The notes under the pieces were generated by a model, which did not search any database, was not told the origin of the DNA, and saw only the letters and a program-made list of their open reading frames with translations. A stretch of 63,985 nucleotides of DNA, counting the filler, from Catajapyx aquilonaris (Eukaryota), in assembly GCA_000934665.2 (NCBI GenBank). It is 3 parts of 3 records of this genome, joined end to end, with 100 filler letters (N's around TTAATTAATTAA, not from the genome) between each part and the next. Parts side by side here need not be neighbours in the genome. Positions count along the whole stretch, not along the records: positions 42,914 to 63,985 come from JYFJ02006138.1; 2 more parts are not named here. One strand, 5' to 3'. Shown in pieces: positions 52,451 to 63,985 of this stretch. Every line of letters starts with the position of its first letter. Within the stretch, counting starts at the first letter, position 1. Both the position numbers and the translations under genes were made by a program.

Positions 52451-52829
52451 GTACCAGTCGTATGTATAATGTCCCAATCATATCCCGCCTTGCACAGGAG
52501 TTGTGTGCATCTACTCTCACATTGTAAGAGTAATTTTTTTATCCAGAGTAAGCAACCGACTTTAGCATGTGCTTAAAGCTGGGGTTTTGCAATCTAATAT
52601 TCAGTTTAACATTGGACGAGTAGCGAATAGCGCATTATCTGGACAGCCGCTATTGGTGTGAAGTAGCGGCGATTTTTGATCAGCAATGCGAATGTGGAAA
52701 TAGCTGCTATTTCCCAATGGGCGAGTCTCTGAACGCACCCTCACAAATTCCAAGATGGCGTCATATTTTCACTCGGAAAATGATTTTTCTCCTTTAATTT
52801 TCCCCTTTTCGCCGAAATCTGAGCCCGAA

Positions 52830-54075
52830 ATGGAGGCAGAGGATGGTTCGGAGTGAGTGTGTGTTGCTAGTAGAGAGATGGACCGTAACATTAGAGCAAT
52901 ATCGCATTCAATTAGTCTTTTTAAAATGCCTGAAAAGCATGTTTCCAGGAGAAGTCGAAGCCCGATAATTAAATCCCATTTCGAAATGCCAGGTCCATTA
53001 ATTTTCAGAGAGTGAATCAAATGGGGGTGCATACAAATTATTATTGCAGTTGAAATATTTTGGTGGGAAGACTCTTTGACAATCATCAAATATCTCTAAA
53101 ACTATTATAGGAGGGTCCAATTATAGCCGGGTCAGGAAGTCCAGAGAGAGTCCATTGGATTTGATTTCACTTTGATGCCTCGTAGGTGGTGAGACAACTT
53201 TGCATAGACCTGCATAAATTTGACAATTTTTGCGTAGTTCAATTATTGCGTCAATTACAGCCGTCCATTGATTTACCACTGAGACCACTAATGGTGCCAT
53301 TTTTAAAAAAAGGAACAAGCTCTTAACAATTAAGACTGAGGTGAAAGAAGAAGCGTGTGATGATGAGGACATCACCATTGAGGAGACCTGGAAGATAGGG
53401 ATGGAGAAAGACACCTCATCACACCTTCGTCTGAATCCAGCAGTTGAAATGCAAGACATCGGTAGTATTAAAGTGGAAGAAGAAGAAGCAGCAATTGCCA
53501 TGTCGGATGCCCCTGATGATGCGGATGATCCCTTGGCCATTATGGATAAGAGGCCCGTCAAGGTGTGTTAGCATGTCGATTCACTCACAATCTAATCAAT
53601 AAGCTCAGCATGCAATTTTTATGCGATATCAATGCTTTTTCAAAGGAAGGTAGCCTTTCTTGCATTATCTTGGGATTATGCAACCCACCTTACATCACAG
53701 CCTCAGGGCTAGGTAACTTCTTGAAATTAGCGTTGGTGAGACTAATATTAGCCATGGGTAATCCAAACAATTTTCGCCAGTGCGGTGGATTGAAGGATTC
53801 CCCTAAAATACTGGCATCTTTAGGGCGACACGGTGGCCGAGCGGTTAGCGCCGCAGCCTTCCACCTCTAAGGTCCCGAGTTCGATCCCCGGGTCGGACGG
53901 AGGATACTTATGTGGATAGAGTTTCGATGGGTTCTCTCCGTGTTCGCGTGGGTTTTCTCGGGGTTCTCCCATTTCCTCCCACTATCAAAATCCATCACAT
54001 TACAAGCAAATGATTAAAATCAGTTATCCAAAAGATGATCCCCTAAGAGGCCCAAGGGGCCTATCACGGGGTATC

Positions 54076-54117
<42 letters not shown>

Positions 54118-54578
54118 TGGCATCTTTTCAGGCAGAAGAGGAGAAGGCCTGTGAAGGGAATGCGAAGGAGGGAATCCAATTGGATGTACCTTATGCCACT
54201 CCTAATGAAATGGAAATGAGGGGCGGTACCCCACTTGATTTGCCAACTCTTGTGGACGAGAGCGACACAGCCAAGACTCCTGGAGAGCATAAGCCATTTC
54301 GTTGCCAGATTTGCAAGAAGGAATTTATATCATCGTCTGCTTTGTTTGAGCATGTGTGGTTGCACACAGCAGAGAATCCACTGAGTTGTCTGGTTTGCAA
54401 GAGAAGTTTTGCTTGGCCTTCAGATTTGAAGAATCATATGAAGACGCACACGGGAGAGAAGCCATTTTCATGCCAGATTTGTGGAAAAAAGTTTATTCGC
54501 TACTCTGATTTGAAAAGGCATGGGAAGATTCACAAAAGAGAAAAAAAAAACACTTTGATTGACAGTTTTGAGGGATGA
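52830..54578 (+). CDS. C2H2 ZNF gene C (3 intact fingers); exons 52830-52852, 53313-53562, 54132-54578
   Basis: IKTEVKEE..IKVEEEE..DDPLAI; PLDLP; three fingers, then decayed finger sequence after an A-run. The exon 2 acceptor is weak (tttttaaaaaaag). Confidence 0.75.
53822..54114 (+). mobile_element. tRNA-derived SINE family B with V-domain-like core
   Basis: A box TGGCCGAGCGG, B box GAGTTCGATCC, core ttctctccgtgttcgcgtgggttttctcgggttctcccatttcctccca (V-SINE/Meta-SINE-like), (ATT)n tail, and 13-bp TSD tactggcatcttt (53809-53821, 54115-54127). Confidence 0.88.
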
Positions 54579-55059
54579 TATTCTTTGAAAACACATTATG
54601 GACGTTCACACAGGTGATAAACTATTTAGTTGTCTTGTTCGCAAGAAGGCGTTTGCTAATATAAGTGGTTTAGGATTAGGTACATGTGGGCTCTGGATGA
54701 CTTCATTAGGCGGATTTTTTCGCTGCTGAAGTACTGTATTGTTCAAGTAATGTCAGTTCTCAGTATTTGTTTGTTACTTTACAATAAAATCAATACACAT
54801 GTTATATGGGATCAAATTGATTTTAATATTAATGGTCTTAAATTCGCTTCATTGAACGGCTATCATAATCTGATAACCGCTATTGACGAGAAGTAACAGC
54901 GCTTCATTATAACAGCGATGCGATTAGGAAATCGCTGTTTTTCATTCCTCTCTAGTTCTGAACGCACCTACGAATATTCCAAGATGGCGTCGATCTTTTC
55001 AATGCGAAAGTGACTTTCCAGCGTTATTTTCGCCAATTTTGGCGAAATCTGAGGCTGGT

Positions 55060-56396
55060 ATGGAGGCAGAGGATGATGCGCGGTGAGTATGGGGCATTGT
55101 TGCAGTAGTGGGAGCACTCACACAATGCTGGCTGGACCCAAAAGGGTTACATCGACCAGCAACATGACGGAAATGAGATGTCAACTAGGAATGATTCTTA
55201 ATTATTAATTATTAATTTAGGAACGAGCCAATTGCAATTATGGCAGAGGTGAAGGAAGAAACGTTTGATGAGGACATCGGGATGGAGCAGACGTGGATTG
55301 ACATCAAGGAAGAGACCTTATTATTGTCACCCTGTAACTACCATTCAGAAGACGACGTGCAAGACATCAGCCGCATTAAGGTGGAGGAAGAGGAGGCATC
55401 TTTTGCCATGTCGGATGCACCTGAAGATGCGGATGATCCCTTGGCCATTACAGATAAAAGGACCAGTCAGGTGTGTAAGCATATGGAGGCACTCAAAATC
55501 TACAGCAAATACTGCGCTGAATGTGAATCTACCACCAGGGTAGATAATTTTGGAGGGAAAATAATTTCTGTAGATCAATGGGAACACTGAAAAAATTTAT
55601 CCAAACATTAGCATTGTGTCCAATAGAGAAATATTGTGTGTTTTTCTCTCTACAAAAAGTGTGCAGTTCGTGAGTGCCGTGAGCCGTGACTGTTGCATAT
55701 TGTAACCACTAATAAGTTTACATCTTTCAGGGAGAAGAGGAGAAAGCCTGTGAATGGAATTTGACGGAGGGCATCCAATTGGACATTTATGGGACTCCCA
55801 ATGGAAGGGGATTGAGCACTCGTGCCCCATTAGATTTGGCAACTGATATGGAGAGGGTGACAGCCAATACTTCCGGAAAGCTGGAATTATGTTGCCAGAT
55901 TTGCAAGAGGGAATGTAAAACATCAAGTGGTTTGGGGGGCCATATGAGACAGCACAGAGAAAGGAAACCATTGCAATGTCTGGTTTGCAATAAGAAGTTT
56001 GCTAGGACTGCACATTTGAAAGTACATATGTTGAAGCACACAGGAAGGAAACCATTGCAATGTCTGGTTTGCAATAGAAAGTTTGCCAGGACTGCACATT
56101 TGAAAGTCCATATGTTGAAGCACACAGGAGAGAAGTCCTTTTCTTGCCATATTTGTGAGAAAAAGTTTCCTACCGCATATGGTTTAAAATTACATGTGAG
56201 AACTCACACAGGAGATAAACCGTTTCCTTGTCATGTGTGTGGGAAAAGCTTCACTAAGGGAAGTGATTTAAAACGACATGTACGTATTCACACAGGCGAA
56301 AAACCATATATATGCCAGATTTGCAAGGCAGCATTTAATCAACTTCGTACGCTGACCAGACACATGAGAAGTCACACAGGCCAGAAGGCCTTGTGA
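55060..56396 (+). CDS. C2H2 ZNF gene D (6 fingers); exons 55060-55082, 55221-55470, 55731-56396
   Basis: VKEE..IKEE..IKVE..DDPLAI; PLDLA; six fingers including an 84-bp tandem duplicate. Degenerate fingers continue after the stop to ~56670. Confidence 0.85.
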
Positions 56397-57149
56397 TGTT
56401 TGTGGAAAAAATGTTTTCTCATAGATATGATTTAAAAATACATGTAATGACCCACAATAAGCAATTTTCTGGACATATTTGTCGGAAAAGCTTCACTCTC
56501 ACGGGTTCTTTATAGAGCACCATGCGAACTCACCCTGGAGAAAAATCCTGTCAGAAATTGAAGGGTAACATGTAGTGACATCTAATCTGACCACACACAT
56601 GACAAGGCTGTCAGGAGAGAATCCTTTTCTGTGCAGTGTTTGTGGAGAAATGTTTTCTCATCACGATTGACTCTTATTGCCTGCCATCTTCATGAGATGA
56701 AAGGTTGCATGATCAGGCCTGCCTTATACTGTATATCGATGAGACTCTGTCTCGATGCACCATATGCTAAAGAAAAGGAACTCCTCTAGTGTTGCTGTGG
56801 TGTCTTCATGTTTGGTTTTTTAAATTATTGTTACACACAAATTCAGACTTTGAATGTAAATCTGAGAGGTTCACATTGTGAAACCATGTAACAGCCATGT
56901 ACAAATTAGGGAAGTAAAACACAGCCTTCATGCCTGATTTATGCTCATTTACAATGTCAGTAGTCAATTATTGTTGTTTGTTACACAACAAAAAAATAAA
57001 AGTACATGTACTGTAAGTGTACTTGTACTTGAAAACCTGTTCCTGCTTATTCCACAGTAGCATGTCATGACCACCCTGATTATTTTTTCACCTGTCGACT
57101 ACAGTATAATATGATGCAAGAGATTATGTTAACTCCCTGTATCAGTTAC

Positions 57150-58853
57150 TCTCGCGTCCCTTACACTAATATAGAGGCCTACTCTTTCCACTTATCCACT
57201 GAATTGGCAAATAAATTATCCCATGATCCTTGAACAATATTGTGGGATCAAAATTGATTTCATGTAATTGAGAATGGCCTAATGGTTTTTATTTATTCCA
57301 CGAATAACGACTAGCAAAATCTGACAGCCGCTATTTGTGAGAAGTAGCGGCGATTCTTTGATAGCTGCGATGCTACGTGGGTCGACCTTGGTTTCCAAGC
57401 GGCGAGTCTCTGAACGCACCCTCGAATATTCCAAAAAAAGATGGCTTCGTTCTTTTTCTGACTGGAAATTAATTTTCCTCCGTTAGTTTCGTCCCTTTTG
57501 CCGGAATCTGAGCCCGGAATGGAGGCGGAGGATGATGCGGAGTGAGTATGGGGCATCGTGATAGCCGTACTCGCACACTGCTGGGTACATAGATAATTGA
57601 TGGGAAATGTGAATGGGCTCGTGTAACTTATAGTTGGTGACACATTTTGTAAGCCATGTTCTAGAGCCGTGCATTGTTCGTACAATTCAGTGAATGGAAA
57701 TGCATGTGGCAATGCATGTGGCAATGCATGTACCTGTACTTTCTGAAGTTGCCAGTGTCTACAAAATTATTTTTTTAAATATTTTTAGGAGCAAGCCATC
57801 GACGATTAAGGGGGAAGTGAAAGAAGAAGGGCGTGATGATGAGGACATCACCATTGAGGAGGACACCTGGAAGATTGGGATTGAGCAAGACAAGTCGCCA
57901 CACTTTCATCTGCATCCAGCGGCTGATTTGCGAGACATCTATACTATTAAAGTGGAGGAAGGGCAAGAAGAGGCGCCTGTTGCGGTGTCAGCTGCCCCTG
58001 AAGATGTGGATGATCCCTTGGCCGTTACAGATGACAGGACTAGTAAGGTGTGTGAGCATGTTAAATCACTCAAAAGCTAATGTGCGGAAAACTAAAGTTC
58101 AGTAACGATCTGGGGTCGTCAAAGTTTCAACAGAAATACCCTCACAGAACAATGTGAGTAAACAGTGTCAACAAAAAGCAACACTGGAAGAAACGATGAC
58201 GTCAGATCGTCGTTTGGTTTTCTGAAATATAATCAATGAGCTACGTACCATGCAAATGGTCCAATCCAGGTCTTCAAATGGATCAGACGACAGGGGAAGC
58301 TGAAACTACACTGAACAGAGGCCTAGAAAATTTTTCTGGGGGAAAAAAAATCCTTTCCCTAGCTAAACAGGGGGCACTGGAAATTTTGGCCAAACATTAG
58401 CATTAATAATAATAATAATGATAATAATTGGGTGTAGTGCTGAGGTTTTGACACGGACCTTTATTTGCCAAGATGAACATTAATTTGGACAACGAAGAGC
58501 CCTGGTCTGAGGGCAGGGTGAGTGGGAGGGGATGTGCAATGTGCAGTGCAATGTCGGCACTACGGTCATTATGTGAGCTCCCGTCGGTGATGGTTCGTCT
58601 ATCAGAAATCCCACCCTAGACGAAGCCAGAGATGACCCCGAACTCCGCAGGAGATGAAAGGGGGGAATGCCCAGGCTTGGTATCAAACCCGGGACCCTTC
58701 CATCCGTGGGCGCATACATTACCGCAGCGCCACTTCGCCTTCCCAAACATTAGCAGTGTGGGTGAAGACGACTGTCATCAGCCAACGTTAATATAATAAT
58801 GTGGGAGGATGGACTGAAGGATTCCATTAATAAATTGACATCTTTCAGGCAGA
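57150..58853 (+). repeat. Recent tandem segmental duplication (partner ~62270-63985)
   Basis: Promoter, exons 1-2, introns and the intronic SINE are near-identical between genes E and F. Confidence 0.92.
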
Positions 58854-60093
58854 AGAGAACACCAAAGAAGGGGATTTGAAGGAGGTCAAGCAATTCGATA
58901 CACCTGAGAAGGCTCCCAATGGAATGAGATTGAGGAGTGGCACTTCATTAGATTTGGCAACTAATATGGAGGGAAAGACGGCCAATACTTCTGAAGAGCA
59001 GCCATTTTGTTGCCAGATTTGCAAGAGGGAATTTAAAACATCAGGTAGTTTGGCCAGCCATGTGGGGTGGCACAAGGGAAGTAAGAAACTACTGCAAAGT
59101 CAGGTGTGCAAGAAAGGATTTACTAGGTCTTCCGATTTGAAAAAACATGGGTTGAAGTGCACAGGAAAAAGGCAATTTTTTTGTCATATTTGTGGGAAAA
59201 CCTGTGCTAAGAGAGAAGAACACTTGCGAACTCACACGGGAGAAAAACCGTTTCGCTGCAAGATTTGCAAGGCAGCATTTAGTGACTCTTCCAATCGGTC
59301 CACCCACATGCGAATGCACACAGGCGAGAAGCCCTTTTCTTGCACTGTGTGTGGAAAAATGTTTTCTTGGAGATATAGTTTAAAATTACATTTGAATACG
59401 CACACAGGAGAAAAGCCATTTCCTTGTCAGATTTGTGGGAAAAGCTTCAATAGGAAGGATGTTTTTAAAAAGCACGTGCGTACTCACACGGGAGAAAAAC
59501 CATTCAGCTGTCAGATTTGCAGCAGTTCATTTAATGATTCTTCTAATCTGACCATACACATGAAAATTCACTCAGGCAGCAAGCCCTTTTCTTGTGATGT
59601 GTGTGGGAAAAGCTTTCATAGGCGATATGCTCTAAAAATCCATGTGCATGCTCACACGGAAGAAAAATCATTTAGCTGTCGGATTTGCAAGGCAACATTT
59701 AGTGAATCTTCTAATCTGACCACTCACATGAAAATGCACACAGGGGAGAAGAGCTTTTCTTGTGATGTGTGTGGGAAATGCTTCTCTACGGGATATGTAT
59801 TAAAAAGACACATGCCTACTCACACGGGAGAAAAACCATTTCGCTGTCAATATTGCAACGCAGCATTTAATGACTCTTCTAATCGGGCCTCACATGAGAG
59901 AATCCACACAGGCAACAAACCCTTTTCTTGTGATGTATGTGGGAAAATGTTTTATCAGAAATCTGCTTTAAAAAGACATGAGATGTCTCATTCAGGATTT
60001 AAGCCATTTTCTTGTCATACTTGCGAGAAAAGCTTCACTCAGAAACATGATTTAACAACACATTTGCGTACACATAAGATGGGAGAAAAATAA
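57519..60093 (+). CDS. C2H2 ZNF gene E (11 canonical + 2 degenerate fingers), ~508 aa; exons 57519-57541, 57789-58047, 58849-60093
   Basis: IKGEVKEE..IKVEE..DDPLAV; SLDLA; long TGEKP-linked finger array; phase-consistent splicing. Confidence 0.88.
58403..58742 (-). mobile_element. tRNA-derived SINE family C in ZNF E intron 2
   Basis: Minus strand A box TGGCGCTGCGG, B box GGTTTGATACC, (ATT)n tail, and 13-bp TSD ccaaacattagca (58390-58402, 58743-58755). Confidence 0.88.
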
Positions 60094-60926
60094 TCTTGCT
60101 GGATGCCTGTGTGTTCCAGCAAAACAGGATCGTATAACATGAAAAGGTGCATAATGAGGCCGACCAGTATAACATGTAGATGCTGTTGCGAAGAGCCCCT
60201 CTGGTATTTTAAAACCTGAAGGTGTTGCAGTGACGTCGTCATGTTTGGTTTTTTTTAATTCTTGCACACAAATTTTTGGGTGATTTTTAGAAGGCCATTA
60301 ATTGGACACCTGATCGTAAAAGTGTATAAGTAATGAGGGCAGCAGCATAAAATGCATGTTGCGTAGATTAAGCAGTGCAATGTGTAGCATATAACACTTG
60401 GTTTGCAGGTAAAAGCAGTGGATTTTCCATCAACCAGGCTGTTGAGGGAGAATAATTGCAGCCCAGAAGGTGTTTAGTTAGGGTGAGGTATCCCACAAGT
60501 GTCTTGCAGGATCTGAGCATGAATAGTTCACATGGATTGTAATTGACTTGGTCAGGCTGCATTTTTGATGCGAAAGTGCTGTGTGCTCATTTGTAATGTC
60601 AGTTGTGAACAGTTTTTTAATATTATTATTACAGTTATTTATTTTTTATTACATTTTACAATAAAACTGAAAAAATGCCCTTATGTTATATACCGGAAAA
60701 GTTATTCTTCAAGAGCATGTCATGTCGATACTCTCACATGCGTGACTACCACCTATAACATCCATGGCATGTCTTGTACATCCAAGAGTTCCGCACTTAA
60801 ATTTTTACCTAAATGCATATGTGACCAAATTAAAAGTTCTTGCCAAAAAGTGATACAACCCATTTATGCGCTTACTGACATTTACTAAAAAGTGTAATAA
60901 GTTTTAGAAATTTATACTAACAATAC

Positions 60927-61143
60927 CACCCAGGGGAGCTCACAAAATGACCACATATGTCATTGCACTGCACTTGCACATCCCCTCCTGTCATCCTCCC
61001 TATCGCTCGCGGTACCCGGGCGTTACGGCAAAAGGACTAACTGTATCAAGCTTGTACATTTAAGCATAAATAAAGGTACTGTGCCGATGCCCTAGGGCGG
61101 TGTACTAAAACCCCAATTATTATTATTATTATTATTATATAAT
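60927..61143 (+). mobile_element. 5'-truncated SINE related to family C
   Basis: gggagctcac..cattgcactgcac..catcccctcc body, (ATT)n tail, and 12-bp TSD tactaacaatac (60915-60926, 61144-61155). Confidence 0.8.
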
Positions 61144-61479
61144 TACTAACAATACTATTTGACATCATGCTGTGTCGTTTAATTATAAGAGCAGCTATCA
61201 GTAGTAATTTTTCTGTCAGAGAAGCATGTAAGCACCACACCTTCTGCAAATTAAATGTGGATATTTGTACATCTGTGCCACCATAAAAATACATTCCAGG
61301 TGTCTCGACTACATCGACACCATCATCAAATATGTATACATATTAATTTCCCGATGGTGTAACCAACACACACTGTAGCCTGCATGCATAGTCTGATACA
61401 ATAATGGGGAGGGTTTCACAATTAGTTGTTGACATTTATTTTTATGTCGAATATGACTTTAGAAGTAACTGCAAGGGTG

Positions 61480-62247
61480 TTGAAAGACACTAAACGAAAG
61501 CAAAAATACAACTTTTCATAAATTTGTATCATCAATAATCTATACCAGGTTTTTATATTATTTTACGACAGAACCGGTCATTCCTTTTATGAAATATAAA
61601 AAGAATATTGCATATTAAAAATGGCGTTTTCCATATATTAATTTTTGAAATGTGCATGTTGTTGGATAGAAACAAAAATCGCCCCTGCGAGAAAAATTCG
61701 TATCTCACTGAATACAAAAAATATATACCGAAATTTGATATAATTTTCTAATCGAACTCATGCTACTTTGTTATACAAAAAATAACGATTAAATTTTCAA
61801 AATGGCTTCTTCGAGAAAATATTTATTTGAATTGTGCATTTTGTAGCACAATTACAAAAGTTGTGACTTTTCAAAAATTTGTATCTCACGTATAAAAAAC
61901 ATATACCGGGTTTTGACACCAGTTCATTGTATAACATGTCCGTCCTTGTAAATTAAAAAATAAAAATAAAATATTAAAAATGGCTTTTTTTGAGAAAATA
62001 ATTTTTGAAATATGCATGTTTTCGCTTGTTGCCATATTTTCACCTCGCATATCTCAACTACACGCGGAGCTAACGAAGGTTTTATTTCATAGACTGGAGG
62101 GGGTCACCGAGTATATCACAAAATATAATCAGCACAACCATCACGTTTACCATAACGGCGTAATAAATTGCGAAATATGCGCATTTTGACCGAAATATGC
62201 AATGTTGGTGATTTTTTTGCAGGTGACTGTACCATTAAATGAGGTAA
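61480..62247. mobile_element. AT-rich DNA-transposon-like remnant with ~180-bp subrepeats
   Basis: Recurring tatacc(a/g)g..aaaatggc..tttgaa..tgcat units (aaaatggc at ~61618, ~61799, ~61977); ends at tgtaccattaa beside the E/F duplication boundary. Confidence 0.45.
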
Positions 62248-62659
62248 ATTTATGCATAAAATGACAGTGTGTTACTCCTGTGTCCTTACACTCATATAGA
62301 GCCCTACTCTTTCCACTACTTATCCACTGGATTGGCAAATAAATGCCATAAATTATCCCATGATCCTTGAACAATATTGATCACTCTGGGATCTAATTGA
62401 TTTCACGTCATTGAATGGCTTCGGGTTGATTTTATTCAACGAATAACGACTAGCCAAATCTGACAGCTCCGCTATTTGTGAGGAGTAGCGGCGATTCCCT
62501 GATAGCTGCGATGCTACCTGGGTCGACCTGCTTTCCACGCGGCGAGTCTCTGAACGCACCCACTCGAATATTCCAAAAAAGATGGCTTCGTTCTTTTCTC
62601 ATTGAAAATTCATTTTCCTCCGTTAGTTTCGTCCCTTTTGCCGGGAATCTGAGCCCGGA

Positions 62660-63985
62660 ATGGAGGCGGAGGATGACGCGGAGTGAGTATGGGGCATCGT
62701 GGGAGTGGTGGCCATACTCGCACACTGCTGGGTACATAGATAATTGATGGGAAATGTGAATTGGCTCGTGTAACTTATAGTTGGTGACACATTTTGTAAG
62801 CCATGTTTTAGAGCCGTGCATTGTTCGTACAATTTAAGTGAATGGAAATGCATGTGGCAATGCATGTGCCCGTACTTTCTAAAGTTGCCCGTGTCTACAA
62901 AATTATTTTTAAATATTTTTAGGAGCAAGCCATCGACGATTAAGGCGGAAGTGAAAGAAGAAGGGTGTGATGATGAGGACATCACCATTGAGGAGGAGGA
63001 GACCTGGAAGATTGGGATTGAGGAAGACAAGTCGCCACACTTTCATCTGCATCCAGCGGCTGATTTGCGAGGCATCTATACTATTAAAGTGGAGGAAGGG
63101 CAAGAAGAGGCGTCTGTTGCAGTATCTGCCACTGAAGATGTGGATGATCCCTTGGCCATTACAGATGACAGGACGAGTAAGGTGTGTGAGCATGTTAAAT
63201 CACTCAAACGCTAATGTGCGGAAAACTAAACAACGCTCTGGTGTCGTCAAAGTTTCAACAGAAATACCCTCACAGAACAATATTAGTAAACAGTGTCAAC
63301 AAAAAGCAACACTGGAAGAAACGATGACGTCAGATCGTCGTTTGGTTTTCTGAAATATAATCAATGAGCTACGTAGCATGCAAATGGTCCAATCCTGGTC
63401 TTCAAATGGATCAGATGACAGGGGAAGCTGAAATTACACTGAACAGAGGCCTAGAAAATTTTTCTGGGGGAAAAAAAATCCTTTCCCTAGCTAAACAGGG
63501 GGCACTGGAAATTTTGGCCAAACATTAGCATTAATAATAATAATAATAATGATAATAATTGGGTGTAGTGCTGAGGTTTTGACACGGACCTTTGTTTGCC
63601 AAGATGAACATTAATGTGGACAACGAAGAGCCCTGGTCTGAGGGCAGGGTGAGTGGGAGGGGATGTGCAATGTGCAGTGCAATGTCAGCACTATGGTCAT
63701 TATATGAGCTCCCCTCGGTGATGGTTCGTCTATCAGAAATCCCACCCTATACGAAGCCGGAGATGACCCCGAACTCCGCAGGAGATGAAAGGGGGGAATA
63801 CCCAGGCTTGGTATCAAACCTGGGACCCTTCCATCCGTGGGCGCATACGTTACCGCAGCGCCACTTCACCTTCCCAAACATTAGCAGTGTGGGTGAAGAC
63901 GACTGTCATCAGCCAATGTTAATATAACAATCTGGGAGGATGGACTGAAGGATTCCATTAATAAATTGACATCTTTCAGGCAGGG
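62660..63985 (+). CDS. C2H2 ZNF gene F, 5' part (exons 62660-62682, 62923-63181, exon 3 from 63980 running off the window)
   Basis: Near-identical to gene E exons 1-2 with intact splice sites; the fingers lie outside the window. Confidence 0.8.
63531..63873 (-). mobile_element. SINE family C, duplicated with the E/F unit
   Basis: Same site and TSD (ccaaacattagca 63518-63530, 63874-63886) as 58403-58742. Confidence 0.88.

Noticed and set aside
46431..63214. ZAD or KRAB domain at the ZNF N-termini
   Set aside because: No C-x2-C...C-x2-C ZAD pattern and no KRAB-A (VTF.DVAV.F..EEW) signature in exons 1-2.

Overview
Eukaryotic, arthropod-like genomic DNA: spliceosomal introns, a TATA + TCAGT Inr promoter, SINEs and MITEs, no operons. 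It is stitched from at least three contigs by artificial N44-TTAATTAATTAA-N44 linkers (21246-21345, 42814-42913). Left block: a C2H2 zinc-finger (ZNF) relic; a minus-strand tandem array of divergent ionotropic receptor (IR) genes (two intact, one frameshifted pseudogene, one relic); and two tandem cathepsin L copies. The complete cathepsin copy has an in-frame TGA at the start of the mature enzyme, so only the signal peptide and I29 propeptide are left. Middle block: about 21 kb of mostly non-coding, repeat-rich DNA ending in a ~2.5 kb inverted duplication. Right block: a candidate small Cys-rich gene, then a tandem cluster of six 3-exon C2H2-ZNF genes. These share a conserved promoter, a micro-exon, an acidic N-terminal exon with SUMO-consensus motifs and a DDPLA motif, and a PxDL(A/P) CtBP-like motif ahead of divergent finger arrays. 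This cluster is the best candidate for an undescribed system, a KRAB/ZAD-analogous repressor family. All gene models were spliced by eye and no database searches were run.
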